A stretch of DNA of 64,000 nt, taken from NCBI GenBank assembly GCA_964016885.1, contig CAXHJY010000704.1, forward strand, positions 20,892-84,891. Reading direction: 5' to 3'. The DNA comes from Eledone cirrhosa (taxonomy: Eukaryota). The notes under the pieces were generated by a model, which did no database searches, was not told the DNA's origin, and saw nothing but the letters and a program-made list of their open reading frames with translations. This document shows, piece after piece, positions 36,488 to 49,790 of the stretch (positions are counted from its first letter, which is position 1; each line of letters begins with the position of its first letter). Both the position numbers and the translations under genes were made by a program.

Positions 36488-39078
36488 TAAGGAAGAGCAA
36501 TTAGAGTCGTACGATATAGAGGAACAGTGGGAATTCCTGAAAGCTAACCTGCTGAAAGCGGCAGATGAAGTCTGTGGCTGGAGTAGGCCTATAGGCAGGA
36601 GGAGAGTAACGTGGTGGTGGAACAGTAAGGTGGAGGAGTCAATTAAGGCCAAAATGCAGGCTTGGAGAGTATGGCGGGATGGGGGAAGTAGAGAAGACTA
36701 TCAAGTGGCCAGGAGGGAAGCTAGGAGACAAGTGTATTTCGCAAGAAGGGAAGCAGAGGAAAGAAAGTTCAAGCATGTTCTACAACGCGAGGACCAAAAA
36801 CGTGAGGTGTTCAGGATTGCTAGGCAATGTGTCAAGGAAAACCGTGATATTGTCGGGGAGAAGTGTGTCCTTAATGATGATGGTGTACTTGCCATCACTG
36901 ACGCTGTTAAGAAGGTAGCTTGGAAGTGTCACGACAAAAGGCTACTAAATGAGGAGAATAAATGGGAGAAAGACAGTCTCCCCCACATCGATCCAATAGA
37001 GGGACCAGCAGTGCTAGTTGAAGGTAGTATAATAAGTAAGGCAATCAAAGATATGAAGATGGGTAAGGCAGCTGGGCCTTCGGAAATAGTTGCTGAAATG
37101 CTGAAAGCATCTGGAACGATGGGACACACTATGGTCACCCGGATAGTAAACAAAGTCATACAGAATGGGGTCGTTCCGAAGGACTGGCGTAGCAGCATCA
37201 TCATTAACTGCTACAAGGGTAAAGGAGATGCCCTAGATAAGGGTAACTATAGAGGCATTAAATTAATCAACCAGGTCATGAAGGTCACAGAAAGAGTAAT
37301 AGCGCAACTAATCAGAGAGCGAATTGATCTAGATGAAATGCAGTTCGGGTTTGTGTCAGGTAAAAGTACCACAGACGCTCTTTTCATTGTACGACAACTA
37401 CAGGAGAAGTACCTAGCTAAAAGTAAACCCCTATACTTAGCTTTTGTTGACTTGGAGAAAGCCTTTGACAGAGTCCCCCGCTCCATTATCTGGTGGGCTC
37501 TTAGAAAACTAGGTGTTGATGAATGGCTTGTGAGAGCTATACAAGCCATGTATAAAGAAACAGACAGCAAGGTTAGAATTAACAACGAATATAGTGAAGA
37601 GTTTACCGTAAAAGTTGGTGTTCATCAGGGCTCCGTTCTTAGCCCCCTACTATTTATTATTGCCCTTCAGGCTATAACAGAGGAGTTCAAGACCGGCTGC
37701 CCATGGGAACTCCTATACGCAGATGATCTAACGCTCATAGCTGAATCAATGGCTGAACTAGAGAAGAAATTCCAAACATGGAAGCATGGCCTAGAATCAA
37801 AAGGCCTTAAAGTTAACTTGTCTAAGACTAAAGTTCTAGTTTGTAGGAAGGATAATAGGGCACTGGTCCCATCTGGGAAATGGCCATGCTCAGTGTGTAG
37901 GAAAGGAGTAGGCAGAAACTCCATTTTATGTGAGAAATGCAAAGTATGGGTGCATAAAAGATGTAGTGGGATCACAGGTAAGCTAACTAAGAATATAGAT
38001 TTTATATGTGGCCGGTGCTCTGGTGCAATAAGTAGCAGCAAGTGCCCACAAAATACTAGCTCATTTCATTGCACAGATGGTTCTATAGAAATAGTGGACA
38101 GCTTCTGTTACCTGGGTGACAAAATCAGCAGTGGGGGAGGGTGCTCTGAAAGTACAGTAGCTAGAGTCAGAACGGGATGGAAAAAGTTCAGAGAGCTTAT
38201 ACCACTATTGGCCGCTAAAGGGTTCTCTCTAAAAATGAAAGGCAGGCTGTATGATGCCTGCATCCGAACAGTAATGTTACATGGCAGTGAGACCTGGGCA
38301 TTGAGTGCAGAGGATATACGCAGACCGGAAAGGAACGAAGCTTGTATGCTCCGCTGGATGTGTAATAGTAATATACGTGAACGGCAAAGCATAAACGAAC
38401 TGAGAAATTAGGAATAAGAGGGATCAGATGTTGTTTACTTGAGAGAAGACTACGTTGGTACGGTCACGTGATGCGCATGCAAGACGACAGCTGTATAAAA
38501 AAGTGCAGGGCAATAAAAATAGACGGTAGCCACGGAGTAGGCAGACCCAGAAAAACCTGGGACGACTTGATAAATTCCAACCTCACACACTTACATCTCT
38601 CCAAGACAATGTCACTGGACCGAGATCTTTGGCGCTACACCGTAATACAGAAGACCCACCTTGCCTAAGTACAAAGCGAAACCTACAGTCAGTAGGCACC
38701 TCTAACAAAAATACCCCCCCGTCCCACTACCCCCCCCCCTACCCCCCACCCCCCACCCACCCCTTCAATGTGAAGTTATGTTGGTATCACAACATCCAGT
38801 CCGAAACAAATGAGGTCGTGTAGGTGTCACGACAAAAAAAAAAACACACAGTCCACGCTGTAATGTGGCTGTGTAGGTAACACGGTAAAAACCTCCCAGT
38901 CCACACTGTAAACGTGGTTGGTGTTAGGAAGGGCATCCAGCCGTAGAAAACCTGCCAGACAGTCCTATACGAGCAAGACAACCAATCTTGCCTCAAGTTA
39001 GAAAACTGCTGTCCAAACCCATGCAAGCGTGGAAGATGGACGTTAAACGATGATGATGATGATGATGATGATGATGAT
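36488..39078 (+). mobile_element. 5'-truncated RTE subfamily B copy
   Basis: ORF 36465-38411 contains the full RT and the PHD-like finger. A frameshift near 38405 continues in 38468-38668, followed by the 3' UTR module and a (GAT)n tail. Confidence 0.95.
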
Positions 39079-39124
39079 ACACATACACATATATATATCT
39101 TAAGCTTTCCTGAGGACAGTGCAA

Positions 39125-40203
39125 GCTATGTAGAGGGTGCTGTCAGTAAAGTGAAAGTAGGAATGGAGTTTAGTGAGGAATTCCAGATACAAGTAGGAAT
39201 ACATCAGGGTTCGGTCCTCAGCCCGCTTTTGTTCATTATAGTCCTCCAAGCCATAACAGAGGAGTTTAAGACTGGCTGCCCAGTTTAAGAGGACTGAGAG
39301 TAAATCTAGCTAAGACAAAAGTGTTGATAAGTAGGAAAGAGGACAAAACTCTGATTCCATCAGGGAAATGGCCATGTTCAATATGTAGGAAAGGAGTTGG
39401 CATAAATTCTATAAAATGTACACAGTGCAGATCTTGGGTACACAAGAGATGTAGTGGGATAGCAGACAAGCTAACAGGTAGGGAAAACTATATAGCAGTA
39501 GATGTACAGGGAAATTTGATAGTAGAAGTCGCAGTGATAGACACATTTTTCAAATGCCGGTAGGACCTATAGAAGGGGTTGATAGCTTCCGGTACCTAGG
39601 TGATCAGATTAGTAAGAGAGGAAGGAGTTCCGAGGCCATAGTATCTAGAATAAGGATGGGTTGGAAGAAGTTTAGGGAGCTACTTCTTATATTGACAAAG
39701 AAGGGTTTCTCTCTACGAACAAAAAGTCGGTTAGATGATGCCTGTGTGAGATGCGCGGTGATGTTGCATGGTAATGAGACATAGGCAGCAATTGTGGAAG
39801 ATATGCGATGGCTGGAGAGAAGTGAAGCAAGCATGCTCAGTTGGATGTGCAATGTCAATGTGCGTGAACGACCAAGCATAGACAAGTTGAGAGAGAAACT
39901 GTGTATAAGAGGGATTGGCTGTAGTGTGCAGGAGAGAAGACTGCATTGGTATGGACATGTGATGTGCATGGAGGATGACCGGTGGGTGAAGAAGTGTCAT
40001 GAAATCCCAGAAGAAGGAAGACGCAGTCAAGGAAGACCACGAAAAACATGGGCGGATGTGGTGAGAGCAGATCTCAGATTGCTGAAGTTCACGGAGGAGA
40101 TGACAAGGGACCATGGCGAATGGAGAGATGCCGTGCTTAATAGGACCTGTCCTACCCTTGCAAGCAGAGAAAAGTGGATGTAAATGATGATGATGATGAT
40201 GAT
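39125..40203 (+). mobile_element. Decayed RTE-clade LINE (older subfamily, short 3' end)
   Basis: ORF pieces lie at 39321-39563, 39554-39784 and 39794-40183. An internal deletion removes YADD. The (GAT)n tail follows the ORF directly. Confidence 0.9.
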
Positions 40204-41000
40204 ATATATATATTGTCCTGGGCATCATATTAAACTGCATCCAGTGGCAAGGCTCCAGTTTCGGAGTTCAGGAGTTGTGGGAAATGTGGAGTTGCATGTT
40301 AGTTGTCATCACTTTGATGTCTATACTGGCAAGGAGCAATAGTACTTGTTAGGGCCCCATTATTGGTTAAATAATTACCTTACTCGAGTGGCGCCAGTAA
40401 GGTATTATCAGCCATTGAAAAGAAAAGAATATATACATTCTAAAAAGTTCAAATATCCACTTTTAAATCGGTTATTCACCCTACAACTGTTTTTGAACTT
40501 ATTATTTCTGTATTTTAAACAAAACAGAGAGAGACAGACATTTTTTCAGGTAGATCTCATTGATAAATAAAAATGGCAGAGGCAGAGATAAAAATATAAC
40601 AACAAAAAGAAGTGATGGAAAATAGCCAACATCGATATTATATATACATTTATTTTTAAAAAAAAAAAAATTGCTGCTGTTACAACTATTACCAATGCTA
40701 CAACTAACAATAATAATAACAACAACAATTAATAACTCAGTGAAATTGCAGACTTGTCTTGAATAGAAATAATGTGTTTATTTACCACTTATGTCACTCA
40801 ATCTACATATACAGTTGATTTACATTAACTTCTCTGTTCCTTTCACCAGACCAACCATTGTTATCACCACCAGCATCATTGTGTAAATTATATAGATGAT
40901 AATGATAAAGGTATGAACAGGATGCTGATTCATAAAGTTGTTGCTTAGTTTTAGGTTCAGAGTCTTAAGGCAGAAGAAAAATTAATCATTTCTTGTTTAA

Positions 41001-41218
41001 CCCTTTAACATTACTCAATATATACTATTGTATTTTCATGGTAAACACTTTACCTCACATCATTATCTCACATAATATAGAAACTATGATATTTTGATAA
41101 TATTTATTTTGAGAACAATACCTTAAAATCAGTATGAGTGGTCAGTTACAGCTGGTTTGAAAAGAAACATGTGAGAGAATTCTGGTCGGATGATATGGTC
41201 GGTTTAAATGCTAAAGGG
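41001..41218. mobile_element. piggyBac-like MITE (CCCTTTA TIRs, TTAA target duplication)
   Basis: The ends read ttaa|ccctttaacatt ... aatgctaaaggg|ttaa. Homologous copies lie at 50774-51217 and 61949-63915. Confidence 0.8.
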
Positions 41219-41988
41219 TTAAGTGACCATTATACAGAATGTGGAGGACTTAATTTCTTGGGTTGTGGAAGTCTTAGCCAGATACTCAGTTTGACAACAC
41301 TACCTAACCCATGAGTGGTTTTAGCAGAGTCTATTCAGTCACAAGAACTAAGCAAAGGGCTCTGATTTGAGACTACTTTCCTCCAACTTTCCCTTCCACC
41401 AGTCTTGGACACACATGATTAAAAAAAAAAATTAGATTATAATTCAGGCAGACTAGGCATTCTCTGTTGACAAAAATTATTTCAATAGCATCATTATTTT
41501 ATGACTGCTTTTCCATGCTGGCATTGGCTGGTTGGAGACCGAGTTAGTACTAAACTGGAGCTACTGTCATCTGAGACAAGCTGAGGACCATGTGTCATTT
41601 ACATACATACATTTCAGTTTCAAGCATGGTTTTTACAGCTGGATGCCATTCCTAGTATCTACCACTATACAAAGTGAATTAATTACATTTTATTGAGGAA
41701 CCAGAACTAAAGAAGCTGTCCTTTTCTTGACACAACTGAAGAATCTTCTCAACTTATTTTGGCATGGTTTGTAATATTAAAATCAAAAGTGAATTGAATT
41801 AATGTGAGGAGGAGGCAGAGCTAATGAACTTTGCAAAGTCTCTGAGATTGATGAAGAGGTATATGTCATTGCAGAAGGAAGCAAACCATCAAAGTATTAA
41901 GTTGTCCTTAGACCAGTGACCTAGTCTCATTACTAGATTTAGAATAGACTCAGCTTGCAGCAGCTAAGGGCCAGGTGGTGGCATTTAA

Positions 41989-43210
41989 GTGAGTGATGGA
42001 TTAGATCAACTACCCAAGAGCAGGTACAATCTGAGTGATGGGTTAGATTGACTACCCTAGAGCAGGTACAATCTGAGTGAAGGGTTACATTAACTACCCA
42101 AGAGCAGGTACAATCTGAGTGATGGGTTAGATTGACTACCCTAGAGCAGGTACAATCTGAGTGAAGGGTTACATTAACTACCCAAGAGCAGGTACAATCT
42201 GAGTGATGGGTTACATTAACTACCCAAGAGCAGGTACAATCTGAGTGAAGGGTTAGATTGACTACCCAAGAGCAGGTACAATCTGAGTGATGGGTTAGAT
42301 TGACTACCCTAGAGCAGGTACAATCTGAGTGATGGGTTAGATTGACTACCCTAGAGCAGGTACAATCTGAGTGAAGGGTTACATTAACTACCCAAGAGCA
42401 GGTACAATCTGAGTGATGGGTTAGATTGACTACCCTAGAGCAGGTACAATCTGAGTGATGGGTTAGATTGACTACCCTAGAGCAGGTACAATCTGAGTGA
42501 TGGGTTAGATTAACTACCCAAGAGCAGGTACAATCTGAGTGATGGGTTAGATTGACTACCCTAGAGCAGGTACAATCTGAGTGATGGGTTAGATTGACTA
42601 CCCTAGAGCAGGTACAATCTGAGTGAAGGGTTACATTAACTACCCAAGAGCAGGTACAATCTGAGTGATGGGTTAGATTGACTACCCTAGAGCAGGTACA
42701 ATCTGAGTGATGGGTTAGATTGACTACCCTAGAGCAGGTACAATCTGAGTGATGGGTTAGATTAACTACCCAAGAGCAGGTACAATCTGAGTGATGGGTT
42801 AGATTGACTACCCAAGAGCAGGTACAATCTGAGTGATGGGTTAGATTGACTACCCTAGAGCAGGTACAATCTGAGTGATGGGTTAGATTAACTACCCAAG
42901 AGCAGGTACAATCTGAGTGATGGGTTAGATTGACTACCCAAGAGCAGGTACAATCTGAGTGATGGGTTAGATTGACTACCCTAGAGCAGGTACAATTTGA
43001 GTGATGGGCTAGATTCACTACCCAAGAGCAGATACAATCTGAGTGAAGGGTTACATTAACTACCCAAGAGCAGGTACAATCTGAGTGATGGGTTAGATTG
43101 ACTACCCTAGAGCAGGTACAATTTGAGTGATGGGTTAGATTCACTACCCAAGAGCAGATACAATCTGAGTGATGGATTAGATCAACTACCCAAGGGCAGG
43201 TATAATCTAA
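41989..43210. repeat. 42-bp minisatellite, about 29 copies
   Basis: The unit is tacccaagagcaggtacaatctgagtgatgggttagattgac with a few recurring variants. It produces the 14-aa-repeat ORF 41939-43144. Confidence 0.97.
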
Positions 43211-43329
43211 AGAGCTGCCATACAGATTTAATCAGCCTAATTTCATTCACAGTGTTTTAAACTTTATTTGTTGTTTTATTTTCATTTCCCAATACTTATA
43301 AGGATATTAAAAGGAATTATTTTGCAAGA

Positions 43330-43915
43330 TCAAATATTTCAAAACTTGAATGACCTTTCTTTCACTACTTTCACTTCTTACCGCCTGAAAGATGAAGTGC
43401 CATATCAACAATGCATTGATCCTCTCCATTCTCTTCTATAGAGAAGAAATGTGGCCCCTCACAAAGACGCTGGCAATGAGGAAAGATGTCTTTGGTAGCA
43501 GTGTCCTGAAGATCATCTAGAATATCGGATGGTACCACCACATTTCCAACAAAGAGTTGTGTGCACGCATGCATCAGTCTACAGCCTCCTACCTCATAGC
43601 TCTCTGCTGCATGCGCTGGTATAGACATGTCATCTGCCTCTCACCAGATCCTCTTACCAGGGCCTTACTCACATTTGATAAAGCAACTACAGGCTGGAAG
43701 AGGCCCCATGGAAGGCCCCATACCAGATGGCTGGATGTCATCAAGGAAGATCTCCAGAAGCTCAATGTTACCTAGAAGATGCAAAGAGGCTGGCACGGAA
43801 CCACCAACGATGGAGGGCTCTGGTGAACCTGGTCAACTCTATGCACAATGATGCCTCTGGGATGGCTGACCAAGGATGACCCCAGTCTCATCAAGCAAGG
43901 GCAAGAAGAAGAAGA
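43330..43915 (+). mobile_element. Decayed 3' fragment of a different RTE-type LINE with a (GAA)n tail
   Basis: The translation MRWYRHVICL...GWKRPHGRPHTRWLDVIKEDLQKL ends in gaagaagaagaa. A related short piece lies at about 21293-21450 (-). Confidence 0.75.
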
Positions 43916-46900
43916 ATGCTCTTTCTACAACCAACTACTCAAATGGGAAGAGTGGAACCTGTTTTCTATTTAGCCAAACAAATTGCAGTAGGAAGAGTTG
44001 AGTGCTTTTATTGGAGTCATAACACAAGGAAAACAGTAAGAGCTGGAATTATGACTGTGTAATCAGTAGTCCAGCAATTCATTCTTAAAGTGAGAGAGAG
44101 AGAGAGGGGGCAATGGGGAGAGAGAGAAAAATAGAGAAAAATACAGAGAGAGAGAGTGCGTGTGGTTCTCTCTCTAAAATCCAAGATATTAAAAGAATAT
44201 AGATATATTGTTAAGAACATATAAAAGCCATCTATTTTTAAATAGGGAAAATAAGAATGTATAACATTCATGCTCTGCACATAGAATATTAAAATTCCAA
44301 ATGAGGAGAAATATTTTGCAAGCCAAGACTGTGTTAAAGTCTTGTTTTCAATGATCTTAGATTATTTTCTACACCAGTCAACACCAATTCTCTTAATATT
44401 GATTTATTTTCAAAAGGTACAAGACCACTTCCAACTATACATCACACAATGTTTAAATAGATACGACACATTTGACTAGAAACAAGACAATGTTTGATTA
44501 GATACAAGGCAATGCTTGACTAAACGCAAGACCAAGGTATTTAGTGAAGATATTTAAGGTATAAGATATATATATAGCTGACTGAATTGGTCCTGTATAT
44601 TGTTGACTCATTAACTCTTAAAAGATGAAGAGCAAAGATCACCTTAACAAGATTTGAATTGAGAATGTAGGACAAAAATACTGAAAGTCATTTCATCTGG
44701 TAAAGATAGCTGAGTTGGCAGGGTATTTATTGAATAAGATGAGCAGTTGACAGACCATATTGTGTCCTAATGTATCTAAAACACATAGCTTTAAATGACC
44801 ATGTAAGTATTATAAGATGATATATGTCACATCATTAGAGAGAACTGTAAAATTGAAGAGAAAGTAATTGGCTAGCAGTACTTAGTTGAAAGCTACATGT
44901 AATAGACCACTGTCTTACAATAGGGGGAGATATGTCACTCATTGGCTCAAAACACGGTAAATTAGAAGCAAGTATCAGCTCATAAATGCATGATATTCAG
45001 CTATATATAGACAATCCTCCTGCCATAGCGTAATGAATAGTAACAGTATCAGCATAGAGCTTGATGCATTCATAGGTATGATTTCAGAGCAAGTTATAAT
45101 GTAAGTATTAACACATATGTCAGTAGGTAGTTTATCAATTTGGACTGAAAAAACATCCTGATCACTTACCTCAAAACCTCAAATCATAGAGTTCATGTCA
45201 ATTAAAATAACAAATTCAAACCCAATATACAGAAGAAAAAAACCCCCAGAAAATATATACTTTAACTTCTTCTTCTTGAGTCATCCTTCCATCAAAGATG
45301 AAGCATTCATTTTGCTTTTTCTAATGGCTAGAATATATGTGGCTTGCCACACCTACATACTCATAGATTTCTCCACTAACTGGAGCAGTTGTGCCAACCC
45401 ATTGTTGAATTAATAGTTGGCCATCTGTGAAGCCACTGGCGTTCACGATGCCAAAGTCATTTAATTAAACTGATGATTGTCACGTGAGCTACTGCTTACT
45501 ATGAGACAAGCAGGATTTTTATTGAGGCTTAGATCTGACCTGTTCTGCTCGACTATCCTACGATAGCCATATCAGAGGCACCTCATGTAGGATGTGGCTT
45601 TTCAACTCCTTGGTCGGTCTGCAAATTGAGAGAGGTTAGGTGCTCAGCTTGAATGAGCATATATTGCAGGTCATCAGTTTGCTGAGTGGCATGTTGAACA
45701 GACACTGGGACAAATGGGGATGCTACAAAAGGCCATCTAAGGCCAACCAGTGAAATCTATTACAGTTCTGCACACTCTTAAATTAACATATACATATTTA
45801 CACATGTGTACTTTAATTTTTTAAAATACCCATAATTATGTAACTTTACTTCATAACAAACAAACATCCACAGACACATGAACTTACTATATCGTCCTTT
45901 ATCAATTCCTATATTACTGCAATTGCTTCTCGACCTCAGAATCCAGCAGTTTGTGCCTCAACAATTAACCTCAGTCCAAACTTATCTGATTTATTTATCC
46001 TTCAATCTCCATCTAATAAATACCTCACTTGGCAAATCACCACCTAAACATTTCACTACAATTTGGCTTTTATTTCTAGCAGGTCAAGTAATTATGTAGA
46101 GGTTTTCTTGTTGGCTTGGGCATATTTGAGATGATGTTACTAAACCTGTAAATTGTGAAACTTAAATCTGTACAGTTTAATACCAAGCCCCATGGCTTTT
46201 AGCAGAGTACAAGACTCTAATCTGTCGACATCAAGATTTTGAGTCTCAAATTAGACCAAATCCAACAGACCTATAATTGTGGCTAGAAGACTTAATTGTG
46301 GATGGTAGACTTAAACTATCCCGCAGTTTAACATTCTATCCTACAGCCTTTGGCTGCCTTTAGCAAAGAACACGCTGTTGCAAACATTCAGACCAAGAGT
46401 CTCAGACTCAGACTCAGAAGCTCCCGAGTCTTGCGACGCATGAGGCAATCATAGCGTTCCACCGCGTTCGGTCAGCAGTTGCACAGCGTCCCGCCATTGT
46501 CTGTTTGTCGCTCGCAGGTCCCTCTCAACTGTCTGGCGCCAGTTCATTTTGGAGTCTGGCTTGTGGATATAAACACTTTCATTACCAAATTTCTAATAAA
46601 AAACATTGCCTATGATTTTCATATAATTTTGAAAATAATCAAGAATTTATAGGGATTTAGTAAAATAATTATTAAGCTGCTGTTTGGAAGATAAATATTT
46701 TATATAAAATTATGATGGAAGGTTTTTAGATAATATAAACAATTTAAAATAAAGTTTTGTATCATAAAACTAGGGGTGGTTCTGGGCAGTTTGGTATCAA
46801 ATTGGGTAAGATATCTGGATGTGTTGCTTCCTACTATAGATACCTATATAAGTAACAGGTTATTTTTCTCTTTCACCATCAGTCACAGGCCTGACAAAAA

Positions 46901-47086
46901 AAAGTCATAGAAGCTGTGTTTCTTACTGATTAAGTAGAAGAAAAAAAAGGGCATTTCTCCTGTGAGTATTATGCAAACATTATTGACATTGCTGATGTTG
47001 CCTTAACTTAAGAATAAAAAATAAAGGAAAGATAAGTTTACACAGAAAGAGTAAGTTAATAGAAAGGAGAGGTTCACCATACTCAC

Positions 47087-47170
47087 CCGTGACAGGTTTG
47101 TTATCTTTGCCATTCTCCCTTGGCTTTGAAAGAGTGTTGTCCATTATTCTCAGAATATGTTGCCTAGCAA
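47087..47170 (-). CDS. PNPT1: Internal exon of mitochondrial polyribonucleotide nucleotidyltransferase (PNPase), end of RNase PH2 domain and linker
   Basis: The minus strand reads tttttcag|TT GCT AGG...GTC ACG G|gtgagt, an 84-nt exon in phase 1/1. It translates as (V)ARQHILRIMDNTLSKPRENGKDNKPVT(E), which matches the recalled vertebrate PNPT1 segment [29 protein letters not shown]. It splices in frame to 13196. Confidence 0.9.
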
Positions 47171-47503
47171 CTGAAAAATATTTAAAGAACAAATGAAATA
47201 TATATATAAGAAGGTTATTGCAAAATAAATATACACATATTCTCTTTATATGGATATATTTCAGATTCATTCTTTCCTTATATTTACTTCATATAACACT
47301 GAGTATAGCTCCAGCTAATTTCTGAATAAGAGTACAGAGTTCATAATGAATACATTCCTGAGTTAGAATTGTGATATTCATGTGTCAAATTACCACACAC
47401 ATATATAACATATATACTTATGCATGAAAAGATATGAAATACCAATTTATGACTTTTTTTTTTTTTTTTTTTTAATGTTTCACACTGTCTTTATTGTGTT
47501 GTA

Positions 47504-48410
47504 TCAGATGAAAGAATGGTATTTAACTAATGTATTGGTATGCGATTGGGCCCACCCCTGGGGCCTACCCCCAGCCCCGGTGGACAGAATGGTGAAGGCG
47601 TTTCCCCGGAGGACGGCAAGGGAGACGCGCTGGAAAAGCCACTCCAACTCGCAGGGCTCACACCTGCGGCTGGCCAGCTCGGTGCCTATGGTGGTGAGTA
47701 AGGAGGTAGCCCTGGGGCCGAGGACACCAGAAGTCTCCACTGCCAGAGGTACAACCGCAAACCTGTCGGAGAGCGACCGGTATTTGAGGAGTTTGGCCCC
47801 CTCAGCCCGACATGCAGCAGAACCTGGTCAGTCGCAGACTGCACTAGGTTGCAGCTGCAAAAAGTGTCAGTGCAAGTGGCATCTCAGACGAGGGGTTTGC
47901 CACCGCGAAACAGGAAGATGGTTATGCCATCTGGCCTTTTGCCGTCCCCTCGATCCAGCCCCACCGGCTCGAGCTGGGAAGGGAAGCCTGCAGCGTCCAA
48001 GCCATGCTTAATGACCTCGTTGAGGGCAGTATGGCGCGGAATGCGGCCGACACTGTGGCAACAGGAAAGCAGGTGGAGGCCGAAAGAGTCCACGGTGGAA
48101 CCGCGACATTGGTGTGGCTGGCAGATCCAGAGGCCGAGCCTCAGGGAAACGCCATTCGCAGGCTATGGTTCTCTACCTGCGTGCCAGTGGAGAAGGAGGG
48201 CAGAGCATAGAGCCAGGCACCACTGTGGGGTTTGGAGGCTGCACGAAAACAAGCAAGGCGGTGCTGGTCGAGCTGGCGCGTGAGCCTGTCTGAGGCCAGG
48301 CTGCACTGGATGGCATCCCAAGTGCATTGGGGGGACTTGACGTCAACAGGGGAGAAGGAGGAGGAACGTCTACTGGGCTAAGTCCCAGCCGGTCCCACGT
48401 CTCACAGGCG
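47504..48410 (-). mobile_element. CRE-like non-LTR retrotransposon 3' fragment (zinc knuckle plus restriction-like endonuclease)
   Basis: This GC-rich island translates to GLHLLSC...RH..LNEVIK...LEPVGL...GKRPDGIT...GKPLV and ETSGVLGP...WLFQRVSLAVLRGNA, with frameshifts. Confidence 0.8.
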
Positions 48411-48671
48411 GATTATGACTTATCTACAGGATCTACAAAACCTCACTTTAAATATATGTTAGATTGTAAAATGGACATGCAATTTCTACACATGTATATG
48501 TGGTGTGTGTGCATATATATCATCATCATCATCACCGTTTAGCGTCCATTTCCTCCATGCTTGCATGTGTTAGATGACTCGTCCAAGTCGGGAGACAAGT
48601 CAGACCAGAATTGGCCACGGCGTACCTTACTTCGATGGGACTATAACTATATATATATATATATAATATAA

Positions 48672-48850
48672 AAATGGCTTCTACAGGACTAGAACTGTTT
48701 CATTTGGAGGAAATAATGAGGAAAGCTTTCCTGATGATTTCTTCTGAATAAAACAGTTCTAGACTTGTAGAAGCCATTTCTATATTAAATATTTATACTC
48801 TACTATGTATTGAGTACCTTACTTACTGTGGTTACCCCAGATTTGAACAC
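48672..48850. mobile_element. Asymmetric fold-back hammerhead element between (TA)n tracts
   Basis: Segment 48672-48779 is a palindrome centred on gaaagctttc. The right arm has CTGATGA but AAAA in place of GAAA. The left arm (minus strand) has GAAA but CTCATTA in place of CTGATGA. Confidence 0.75.
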
Positions 48851-49229
48851 ATATATATATATATGTGTGTATATATATATATATATCATCATCATCATCG
48901 TTTAACATCCATCTTCCACACTAGCATGGGTTATATATATATAAGGAGAAAATACTGTACACTATATTTTGAATTCAAATCAACTGTAGGTCAGTTTTGC
49001 TTTTCAGCCTTCTGAGGATGATAAAATATCTACTATTCAAGAAGATAATCAGCTGAGTATTGATTACACAAACAATTTTATGGTATTTAGTTTTATTCCT
49101 TTATTTTGGGGGTTTAGATCCAGTTGAGATCAGCTTTATCTCCCATCAATCCAGACTCAACAAAATAAAGTGCTAGTCAAGTGCTGGTTTCAATATACTC
49201 TGTTGATTACTCCTCTAAAATATCTGATC

Positions 49230-49790
49230 TTGTGCCTAAGTCAAAAATTACATTCTGAATTCAAGTCCCACTGAGGTTAGATTTGACTTTCATGCTTACA
49301 GGGTCATAAAATAAAGTACCAGTAATGCACTGAGATTGATTTAATTGACTTTGCCTTCCTCCAAATTGTTGGCCTGGTGCCTTAATCAGAAACCATTACT
49401 GTTGTTATTATTATGGGCCCTTTAACTTCTGAGTTCAAATCCTGCTGAGGCTAGCTTTGCCTTTCATCCTTAAGAGGTCGATAAAATAAAGGACCAGTAA
49501 CGCACTGGGGTGAATTTAATCTATTTTCACCTACCCAAGATTGTTGACCTTGTACTTCAATCAAAAATCATTAGTATCATTATTGTTATGGGTTGGCAGA
49601 ATTGTTAGTGCTGAACTTTGAGGTAGTTTGTTCCAAATCTTTACATTGAGTTCAAATCCTGCCAAGACCAACTTTGCCTTTCATCCTGCTGGGCTCAATG
49701 AAATTACCAGTGAAGTACTAGGGTCAATATAATTGACTTTCCTCTTCCTCCAAATCGCTGACCCTGTGCCAATTTTAAGAATAATTATTA
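49230..49790 (+). mobile_element. Cluster of three tandem Meta-like SINE copies
   Basis: The block gagttcaaatcc...tttgcctttcatcc...taccagt...tgtgcc recurs. Similar clusters lie at 52040-52910 and 56200-56750. Confidence 0.75.

Noticed and set aside
41989-43210. CRISPR array or a 401-aa Cys/His protein gene
   Set aside because: The units are contiguous with no unique spacers, there are no cas genes and the context is eukaryotic. The ORF follows from a stop-free 42-nt unit.
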